Of a stretch of DNA of 46,606 bases, positions 9,623 through 17,713 are shown in pieces. Each line of letters starts with the position of its first letter. The first letter of the stretch is position 1. A program made the position numbers and the translations under genes. This DNA is from Promethearchaeota archaeon (lineage in GTDB: Archaea; Asgardarchaeota; Lokiarchaeia; Sigyniarchaeales; SOKP01): positions 1-46,606 of the forward strand of contig JAEOTR010000033.1 in assembly GCA_016839705.1 (NCBI GenBank), read 5' to 3'. Below the pieces are notes generated by a model. That model did not search any database. It was not told the origin of the DNA and saw only the letters and a list, made by a program, of their open reading frames with translations.

Positions 9623-10282
9623 TTATAAAGCAAGTAACATTAGAAGCCATCCAATCATAAGGATTATTCCGCCAAAACCTAACACAGGATACCCTGCTGC
9701 AAATGGGGAGACAAATGTATAGATTACAAATGCAATTATTAAAACACTCCACCAACCAAAGGGTATTTTAATATCTACTAAATCTAGTACAAGTATCAAA
9801 AGAATAATTGCTAAAATTAGACCAAAAATTGCATTTACAAGGATAATTTCAGCACCAGCAGTAAATCCTATGAAAATTGCGACACAATCCCAGAGAGCGA
9901 AAGCAATGCCGAATAAAAGCATAACTTTCGAACCATTCATATCTTTCTTACCCCTAACTAAATCTACTATTACCGCTAACAACACTAAAATAGCTGTAAA
10001 ATAATTTCCCCCTGCTAAATAATTGAAGATGATTAAAACAATACCGATGATAAGCATTAACCACCACCAGTACGTTAGTTTCACCGGGCCTAAACTAACA
10101 AGGTCTAATGATATAAAAATTAAGAATACAAATACTAGACCAATAATCCCGTAAAGAATCATCATAGCATCAATTGCAGCAACATAGAAATAACCCATCG
10201 CTTCAGCGAATATAAATAGCATCGCTATAAAAAGGGTTATTTTTGGAGCGGTAATTTCTTTACTCATACTTTCTTCACTCAT
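9623..10282 (-). CDS. Polytopic membrane protein of unknown function with internal duplication
   Basis: About 8 hydrophobic segments. Repeated motif 'GI.GL...L...LDLV...K..(Y/F).WW..LII' in both halves. Confidence 0.8.
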   Translation of the reverse strand: MSEESMSKEITAPKITLFIAMLFIFAEAMGYFYVAAIDAMMILYGIIGLVFVFLIFISLDLVSLGPVKLTYWWWLMLIIGIVLIIFNYLAGGNYFTAILVLLAVIVDLVRGKKDMNGSKVMLLFGIAFALWDCVAIFIGFTAGAEIILVNAIFGLILAIILLILVLDLVDIKIPFGWWSVLIIAFVIYTFVSPFAAGYPVLGFGGIILMIGWLLMLLAL

Positions 10283-10456
10283 ATCAGTTCACTACTTTTT
10301 TCTATTTTGTTATACTTGAATTGTTAATTCAATTCAATATTTACTTAGATAGCTAACTATATAAAATTTTAGAAATCTTTTAATATATTATTAATAGGTT
10401 TTAACTCTAAAGAGAAAAGACAATAAAAATTAGATTTTGTAATAAAATATTCATTG

Positions 10457-10523
10457 CCGAAGCCATTACACTATGGTTTGTCATCTTGCGACTAGTATTT
10501 TCTCACAAGATTCATCCCTTCGG
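10457..10523 (-). promoter_or_regulatory. SECIS element (eukaryote-like/lokiarchaeal type) in the 3' UTR of hdrA-mvhD
   Basis: Minus-strand RNA: CCGAAG GG AUGA AUCUUGUGA GAAAAUACUAG UCGCAAGAU GA CAAA CCAU AGUGUA AUGG CUUCGG. It has an AUGA/GA tandem sheared G.A core, a 9-bp upper helix, an AAAA-containing apical loop and a closing helix CCGAAG/CUUCGG. It starts 2 nt after the mvhD stop. Confidence 0.88.
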
Positions 10524-10524
10524 T

Positions 10525-10995
10525 TTATTTTTTCTTCTTATCCTCTGAGGCTCTTTTTTCTTGCTCAGATTTTAAATTTTCTTTAATAAGATTACTCCCT
10601 AAATCTGCGATTTCTTCTGATATTCTTATTGCTTCATTTTGGAACTTCTGACCTTCAGCAGCACTACAATTAAAAATCTGGACTCTTTCTGGTGAAATTC
10701 CAGTCGTTTTTAAAATCTCCTTGACATATTGTACGTTTCTTTCGGCAACTAAATTACCTGTTTCATAATCGCATTCTCCACGATATCAAGCCCCAAGAAC
10801 AACTCCATCAGCACCTTTTCCTATTGCTCGCATTATTAAAGAGGGGGTTACTCGTCCTGTACAGTTAATCCTCACTGGTCTAAATGTTGCAGGATATTGT
10901 GCTCGAATTGTGCCTGCCATATCTCCTGCACCGTATCCTCATTTCCAGCAAAGGAAAGCTAATATCTTTATATTCTCTACTGATTTGTTAGCCAT
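10525..10995 (-). CDS. mvhD: Hydrogenase iron-sulfur subunit MvhD/VhuD, selenoprotein with 2 Sec (156 aa); absent from the ORF track
   Basis: Manual translation: MANKSVENIKILAFLCWK-U-GYGAGDMAGTIRAQYP..RINCTGRV...GADGVVLGA-U-YRGECDYETGNL...ISPERV..FNCSAAEGQKF. TGA at 10939-10941 and 10786-10788 fall at conserved Cys positions. SD-like AAGGGGG upstream; stop TAA at 10525-10527. Confidence 0.95.
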
Positions 10996-11008
10996 TTTTT
11001 ATCCCCCT

Positions 11009-12991
11009 TTATAATTCTTCCAAGATTGCATCTATTTGTTTTTCATATTGAGGTTCTCTATAATACCTTAACGTGATTGCTTCTGATGGGCAATTTGCTA
11101 AACATGATCCACATCCCCTGCAAAGGATTTCATTCACTTCAGCACCATCATCCTGTACACTTATCGCATTATACGGACAATTCAGTTCACACAACCCACA
11201 TTTTGCACATTTTTCTTTGTCTTCAACAGCCGCCCGAATTAAGAGTATTCGATATTTATCTTTACCCATTAACCTGGCTAATGAAGATGCTGCAGCTCTT
11301 CCTTGAGCAATCGACTCTACAATTGATTTTGGTCCTTGACTTGCTCCAGCTAATGTGATTCCGGGAATTTTTGTATCGATCGGATTCAATCTAGCATGAA
11401 ATTCCTTAAAAAAGCCATCTTGACTCAATTCAAGTTTTAGGATTTTTTGGATGCTTTCAACACCTTTCGCCGGCACCATCGAAGCAGAGAGAACAACCAT
11501 ATCATATTCCAATTCCTTTAATCCACTTGAGCTCAATGTATTCTGCATAACAATCTTTAGGTTCTGAGTATCTGGATCTTCTTTTATCCTACTAATATTC
11601 GTTCTTATATATTTTATACCTTCCTTTCTAGAAGCTGTAAAATATTCTTCATAATCTTTTCCCGCAGCTCGCATATCCATGTAAGCAACCGTAATATCCG
11701 CATTAGGTGAGTGTTGTTTTATTAATTTTGAGTTTTTGATTGAAATCATGCAACATACTCCTGAGCTACAATAGGTATTCATTGTTAAATCTCTCGATCC
11801 TACACACTGGATAAATAGAATATTTTTTGGTACTTTACCATCAGAGGGTCGAACAAGGTGCCCGAGGGTAGGTCCATTTGGTGCAAGAATTCTTTCAAGT
11901 TTTAATTGTGTAATTACATTAGGATATTTATTGTATCCTAAGTATCCAGTAGGAGGTTCAAATTCATCCCAACCAGTTGCAACAACAATGGACCCTACTT
12001 TCAATTTTAGGATTTCATCTTTTTGATCAAAATCGATTGCATCTACTTCACATGCCGTCTTACAGAGCTCACATTTTATGCATCTATCCATGTCAATTTG
12101 AGCAAAAGCAGGAACAGCTTGTGCAAATGACGAATAAATAGCTTTTCTTGAATCTAATCCTTCATTGAATTCATTGTAACCATAAGCCGGGCATACTTCC
12201 CAACAGGCTCCACAACCGTTACAATCTTTATTTACATATCTCGCTTTTTTTCGAATGGTTACCGTAAAATTTCCTACAAATCCTTGTACATCTTCTACTT
12301 GACTATAAGTATATAAGTTAAGCCCTGGTGTTCTAGCTGATTGAAGCATAACGGGTCCTAATATTCATATACTGCAATCATCTGTAGGGAAAGTACGATC
12401 TAATTTTGCCATTTTGCCTCCTATTGTAGGTTGTGTCTCTACTAGATGTACTTCGAATCCTTCTTCTGCTAAGTCGATCCCTGCTGACAAACCTGCAACT
12501 CCTCCACCGATAATCAGAGCTTTTTTTGTTATATCAACTTCTTTGATTTGTATTATCTCTAACACCGCGGCTCTTGCTACGGCTGAACGAATGGCATCTT
12601 CAGCAACTCTTCGAGCACCCTCCATATCTTGTTTATGTACAAAACTTGAATGCTCACGTATATTAGCAAACTCTAAATATGATGCATCGATATTCATTGA
12701 TTCAAGTACGCTTTTAAAGACAGGTTCATGAGTTTTAGGAGTACACGAACCAACTACAAGTCTGTTCGCATTACTTTCAATCATCTTTTCTTTTATAAAT
12801 TCCGCTCCAGGTTCTGTTCATAAACTGATATAATCTAATGCCTCGACTACATTTGGAATAGTTTTTGAGAATTCTGCCAATTTTTTAGTGGCGATGATTT
12901 CTGCTATGTTTAAACCTCACTGACAAATAAATACAGCGATTCTTGGAACTTTTTCGTCGTCTTGAATAGTTTTTTCTTTAGTTTCTACCAT
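11009..12991 (-). CDS. hdrA: Heterodisulfide reductase subunit A, selenoprotein with 3 Sec (660 aa); split into fragments in the ORF track
   Basis: One frame from ATG 12991: RIAVFICQ-U-GLNI (TGA 12917-12919; cf. CHCG.NI), YISL-U-TEPG (12818-12820; cf. YMCSDPG), TFPTDDCSI-U-ILGP (12365-12367; cf. CSxCIL). Also FAD motif IIGGGVAG, QCVGSRD and two CxxCxxCxxxCP ferredoxin domains. Confidence 0.96.
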
Positions 12992-13070
12992 TGCATATAC
13001 TACCTTCCTAACTTTATAATTTCCTCCAATACATTTTATAGTTTTAATCCACTAAATGTTTAGTTCTAAT

Positions 13071-13102
13071 TAAATAAATTTAAAACTAAATAAATTTAAA
13101 AC
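13071..13102. repeat. Perfect 16-bp tandem direct repeat in the divergent promoter region upstream of hdrA
   Basis: TAAATAAATTTAAAAC at 13071-13086 and again at 13087-13102. Confidence 0.8.
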
Positions 13103-13195
13103 TTATATCTTTTATAATATAATCAGTAAAAAATCATTAGAATTATAAATTTCATTACTAACAAATAAATCTCCTTATTTTACTGAGTGATCTTC

Positions 13196-13618
13196 ATGTT
13201 TTTTCAGTTTCCAAGTATAGAAGAGATATTTCCCTTTATTATTGCAACAATAATAATCATAAGTGGCATACTATTATTTAAAATTGGTTTAGTGGTTACT
13301 AAAGCAGAATCCAAAACAAATTTTAAATGGGTTGCGGTAAGTTTTCTTCTTCAATATGGTGTAACCCTTTTTATTAGCGCTCCTATGTTGCTAGATATGG
13401 TATTGACTTTTATGACGGGTCCCACTTATAATTATCGGGGACCAGACCCAGGAATAATAGCAATGGTTGTTATTTTTTCAGCTTTTATTGTTGTAAATCT
13501 TATTAATATGATTCATAAACCGGGTATAAAACGATCAATTGTCATAACCTTGTTGATTTTAGGACCAATCATCGGGAGTAATTATCTAATCTTTAGTAGT
13601 TTAGGAAATGTAATGTAA
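13196..13618 (+). CDS. Hypothetical membrane protein (about 4 TM)
   Basis: Four hydrophobic segments. ATG at 13196; alternative GTG at 13187. Confidence 0.75.
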   Translation: MFFQFPSIEEIFPFIIATIIIISGILLFKIGLVVTKAESKTNFKWVAVSFLLQYGVTLFISAPMLLDMVLTFMTGPTYNYRGPDPGIIAMVVIFSAFIVVNLINMIHKPGIKRSIVITLLILGPIIGSNYLIFSSLGNVM

Positions 13619-13632
13619 AAGCAGAATTCATA

Positions 13633-14553
13633 TCATATACCAATTTGATTATTGATTTTTTTATTCATTTCAAGAATCACATCTTTAGCTGCCTTGCTAA
13701 AATCATATTGTGAGTAATTTTGATTCTTACTATAAGCATAAATAATTCCTCTCGAAGAATTTACTATGCCACCTAATCCGTTTTCATAAAAACCAGGTTT
13801 AATATCTTTTGCTTGGGCACCTTGTGCTCCGTATCCTGGAATTAAAAAGAAAGAATTTTTAACGATTTCTCTTATCATTTTAAGTTCATTCGGGTAAGTG
13901 GCACCAACTACAACCCCTAAATTAGTAAAATTCGAGAATTTTTGGAGATCAGATGCCCATTCTTTTACCAATTCAGCCATTAGGATATAATTTCTTTTTA
14001 AGATATGATTTGTAACTTTATACTCAGAAATCTCTTCAGAAATATCTGGGATCTTAGAACTGAACAAATTTTGAAAATCAGAACTGCTTGGATTTGATGT
14101 TTTAACCAGGACAAAGACTCCTTTTTCCTTATAATTCAGGAATGGCTTAATACCATCAATTCCGAGATAAGCATTTACTGTACAAGCATCTGAGCCATAG
14201 TTTTTAAACATTGAATGCGCATATGCTTCAGATGTCGATCCAATATCATTTCTCTTTGCATCTAAAATTACTAAAAGATCTTTTTTGTGAGCATACTTTA
14301 TTGTTTCTGTTAAAGCATTTAGAGCCTCATATTTCTCATAAAATGCGATTTGAGGCTTAATAACAGGAATCAAATCGAAAACTTCTTCAATAAGAGTTTT
14401 GTTAAATTCCAAAATTATTCTATCAGGGTGATCTAATTCTTCAATAAGATACTGGGGAATTTCTCCCTCTCTATCCATTCTAGGGTCTAAACCCATGGAT
14501 ATAACGCTTTGTTTTTCTTTTATTAATTGAATTAGTCGTTCAATAAAATTCAT
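13633..14553 (-). CDS. pyrF: Orotidine-5'-phosphate decarboxylase (type 2)
   Basis: Motifs GLDP, IKPQIAFYE, LDAKRNDIGST, VKTSNP, VVGAT, LIPGYGAQG, NSSRGII. Confidence 0.96.
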   Translation of the reverse strand: MNFIERLIQLIKEKQSVISMGLDPRMDREGEIPQYLIEELDHPDRIILEFNKTLIEEVFDLIPVIKPQIAFYEKYEALNALTETIKYAHKKDLLVILDAKRNDIGSTSEAYAHSMFKNYGSDACTVNAYLGIDGIKPFLNYKEKGVFVLVKTSNPSSSDFQNLFSSKIPDISEEISEYKVTNHILKRNYILMAELVKEWASDLQKFSNFTNLGVVVGATYPNELKMIREIVKNSFFLIPGYGAQGAQAKDIKPGFYENGLGGIVNSSRGIIYAYSKNQNYSQYDFSKAAKDVILEMNKKINNQIGI

Positions 14554-14606
14554 GATTTTTCTTACTATTATATCTTAAAAATAAAAATAAAACATTATCG
14601 GTTAAT

Positions 14607-15959
14607 TTATGATTTTCCAAATTCATCAATGATTAAGTATATTTCATCAATTAAATCATCAAAATAAACCGATTTTTGTTCTTCAGAAATCATATTTCTT
14701 ATCGTTACTTTATTTTCATCCATTTCTTCAATTCCGACAATTACGACAATGATAATACCAAGCTCACTAGCTCTTTTTAATTGATTTTTTAGATTTTTAA
14801 ATCGATAATCAACAATACATGCAAACTCTTCATCTCGTATAGTTCGAGAAAGTTCAATAGCATAAGTTGATACTTCTTTATTAATAGAGGCAATATAAAT
14901 AGTATCAGTATAATCTTTTTTACGGACTTCTTCTGGAATTAAGTTATAAGTTTTTAGAAAAAGTGAGAGCATTAGAACACCCATTCCAAATCCAATACCA
15001 GATACTTTTTCATCAGAAAATATGGATAGCAGATCGTCGTAACGCCCCCCCCCAAATATAGATCGAATATTTTCTTTTCCAGTATCAAAAACCTCAAAGA
15101 CTATGCCAGTATAATAATCGAGACCTCTTACAACGCTGGGGGAAAAAGTACAATAATCTGAAAGACCTGTTTCTGTTAATAAATTCTGAAAATCTACTAA
15201 TTCATTATAACCATCCGAATTATACAAATTTTCTGGGACGTTATCAAACTTATTTAACAAGTCTTTAACACTCTTGGAATCTTTTAGTTTAAAAATACCC
15301 TTAATAATAAACTCATCTTGAAAGATTTCTAAAACATATTTTTCGAATTCACTTTCTTCCATTTTATCAGATTTATCTAAGATCTTGTAAACCATCGGGA
15401 CTTTTTCTTGAGGGATATTTAGTAAAGATTCACAGACAACATCAATAAATCGACGGTTATTGTAGTAAATCTGAAACTGTTCTGAAGTTGCACCAAATTC
15501 AGTGAAAATGTCAACTATGATATTAAAAATTTCGAATTCTCCATATAAACTATTTTCACCTAAAATATCAAAGTTAAATTGCTTGAACATTCTACGTCTT
15601 CCTCTCTGAGGACGTTCATATCTAAAACATGTAGGATTTGAGAACCATCTGATAGGTTTTTTCAGTTCTTGGTTTTTTCTAGAGATCATTCTAGCTAAGG
15701 AGGGAGTGAGTTCTGGGATTAATATGAGTCTCTCCCCCTCTTTTTTCTCAATAATAAAGGATTGTTCATTTACAAGCTCATCAGAAGATTTAGCTGCAAA
15801 TATTTCAACGGGTTCTAATTGAGGACTTTCAAATTCATCATAACTGTATAATTCAGCAATATATTTTATATTATCAATTATCCAGTTCATCTCACGTAGA
15901 TCAGAAGGGTAATAATCTTTCATTCCCCTTAACGGTTCCTTAGAAAATTTCTTAGACAT
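14607..15959 (-). CDS. hisS: Histidine--tRNA ligase
   Basis: Motifs RGMKDY, LIPELTPS, FRYERPQRGR, VRGLDYYTG, GGGRYD and an anticodon-binding C-terminus. Start placed at ATG 15959 (MSKKF). Confidence 0.96.
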   Translation of the reverse strand: MSKKFSKEPLRGMKDYYPSDLREMNWIIDNIKYIAELYSYDEFESPQLEPVEIFAAKSSDELVNEQSFIIEKKEGERLILIPELTPSLARMISRKNQELKKPIRWFSNPTCFRYERPQRGRRRMFKQFNFDILGENSLYGEFEIFNIIVDIFTEFGATSEQFQIYYNNRRFIDVVCESLLNIPQEKVPMVYKILDKSDKMEESEFEKYVLEIFQDEFIIKGIFKLKDSKSVKDLLNKFDNVPENLYNSDGYNELVDFQNLLTETGLSDYCTFSPSVVRGLDYYTGIVFEVFDTGKENIRSIFGGGRYDDLLSIFSDEKVSGIGFGMGVLMLSLFLKTYNLIPEEVRKKDYTDTIYIASINKEVSTYAIELSRTIRDEEFACIVDYRFKNLKNQLKRASELGIIIVVIVGIEEMDENKVTIRNMISEEQKSVYFDDLIDEIYLIIDEFGKS

Positions 15960-16133
15960 TAAATCACTAGTGTGCTGGTTTGATTTGTTAATAAATAAAA
16001 AGTAGGTTAACAAATATTTTTTTCTATTCAACAATAAGGTTTTTCTTATTTCTTAGATGTAATTAAATAATATTTGTAATCGAAGTTAAAAAATATAAGC
16101 TATTGATTTAACTACATTTTAGGAGAGATATAT

Positions 16134-16781
16134 TTGTCTCAAGAACAGGTTTTTAAAACTATCATTGATTCTATCATTAATTTAGATGAAGAAAAAGCAA
16201 TAGAATTGGCCAGCAAAGCCATAAAAGAAAATTTGAATTTAGTTGATGTTATAGAAAAAGGGTATGCTGCAGGCATTCGAAGAGTGGGTGAACTATGGGA
16301 AGAGGGTGAATTTTTTCTGCCAGAATTAATGAGAGGGGCGCAAATTATGCAAAACTGTTTAGATTTAATTATTCCTCATCTTAAGAAAGGAGCAGAAGAA
16401 GTTTCAAAAGGTAAAGTAGTATTAGCTACAATAGAGGGAGACATTCATTCCATTGGAAAAACGATTGTTGGAACGATGTTGAGAGCGTATGGTTATGAAG
16501 TTTACGACTTAGGTGCCGATGTTCCAGCCGAGAAAATTGTTGATACCGCAATTGAAAAAAGTGCGAATATTATAGGAGTTTCAGCTTTATTAACGACTAC
16601 TATGTTTGGGCAAAAAAAAATAATTGATATCTTAAAGGAAAGGAATTTATTGGATAGGTTTAAAGTTATCTTAGGGGGAGCTCCCGTCACTAACGCATGG
16701 GTTGCTGAATGTAATGCTGATGGATTTGCCGAAAATGCTATAGATGCTGTAAAATTAGTTAGATCTTTATTAGAAAAATAA
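16134..16781 (+). CDS. Methyltransferase corrinoid (B12-binding) protein, MttC/MtbC family
   Basis: Cap domain VGELW..GEFFLPEL, B12 motif GDIHSIGK, SALLTTTM, GGAPV. TTG start after AGGAGAG. Confidence 0.95.
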   Translation: MSQEQVFKTIIDSIINLDEEKAIELASKAIKENLNLVDVIEKGYAAGIRRVGELWEEGEFFLPELMRGAQIMQNCLDLIIPHLKKGAEEVSKGKVVLATIEGDIHSIGKTIVGTMLRAYGYEVYDLGADVPAEKIVDTAIEKSANIIGVSALLTTTMFGQKKIIDILKERNLLDRFKVILGGAPVTNAWVAECNADGFAENAIDAVKLVRSLLEK

Positions 16782-16808
16782 TAAATTAATTATTGAGGTT
16801 TAAAATAT

Positions 16809-17687
16809 TTGAAATTTCAAGATTGGTTGAGGGATGATTCTAAAATTGTTTTATTCGATGGAGCAATGGGAACAGAATTAATTAAAAGAGGATTAGAACC
16901 CGGAAAGGTTCCAGATTTATTAAACATTGAAAATCCCGAAACCATAATCGAGATTCATAAATCCTATTATGATGCTGGTTCAGATATGTGCCAAACAAAC
17001 ACATTTGGTTCAACCCCATTAAATTTAAGACGATACAACCTTGAAGAGAGGATTGAAGACATAATAGGATGTGCTTTAGATAACATTCAAAAAGCTAATT
17101 CCTCTGGACGTTTAGTTGTTGGTGATATTGGACCAACTGGTGAATTTCGTCCTCCAGTAGGAGATGCTTCCAGTGAAGATTGGCATTCAAGTTTCAAAAT
17201 GCAGGCAAAATTATTGGAAAACGGAGTTAACCTCTACCATGTTGAAACTATTTCTGATCTTGAAGAAATCTTGACAGCAATCCGGGCAATTAAAGAAGTC
17301 TCAAGTAAACCAATTATTGCTTCCCTCACATATAAGAAGACAAAAAGAGGGTATTTCACAATCATGGGAGACTCATTAGAAAAATGTATTAGATCATTAG
17401 AAAGTGAAAATGTAGATGTAATTGGGGCAAATTGTACTATTGGATCAGGAGATATGCTAGATTTAGTTAAACAAGCTATTGATGTGACAAATGTCCCGAT
17501 TTCTGCAAAGCCTAATGCTGGACAACCTAGAGTAGAAGGTTTAAAGACTTTTTATGATCAACCAATTAAAGATTTTGTGAAGGATATCCAAGAAATGATA
17601 AATTTAGGAGTTAAAATAGTTGGTGGCTGCTGTGGTACATCCCCAATAACTATTAATGAAATTAGAAAAATAATAGATAAGATTTAG
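16809..17687 (+). CDS. Homocysteine S-methyltransferase domain protein (stand-alone MetH N-terminal module)
   Basis: Motifs DGAMGT, TNTFG, GDIGPTG, GANC, KPNAGQP and the Zn-binding GGCCGT. Confidence 0.94.
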   Translation: MKFQDWLRDDSKIVLFDGAMGTELIKRGLEPGKVPDLLNIENPETIIEIHKSYYDAGSDMCQTNTFGSTPLNLRRYNLEERIEDIIGCALDNIQKANSSGRLVVGDIGPTGEFRPPVGDASSEDWHSSFKMQAKLLENGVNLYHVETISDLEEILTAIRAIKEVSSKPIIASLTYKKTKRGYFTIMGDSLEKCIRSLESENVDVIGANCTIGSGDMLDLVKQAIDVTNVPISAKPNAGQPRVEGLKTFYDQPIKDFVKDIQEMINLGVKIVGGCCGTSPITINEIRKIIDKI

Positions 17688-17713
17688 ATTAGAAGGAAGG
17701 GTTTGAAATTTTT

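Noticed and set aside
10420-10484. Second SECIS starting at the later AUGA motifs (10484 or 10454)
   Set aside because: Neither has a properly placed 3' GA with a continuous upper helix.
10525-12991. hdrA/mvhD as pseudogenes with nonsense mutations
   Set aside because: All five interruptions are TGA at conserved Cys positions, there are no frameshifts or other stops, and a SECIS-like hairpin follows.
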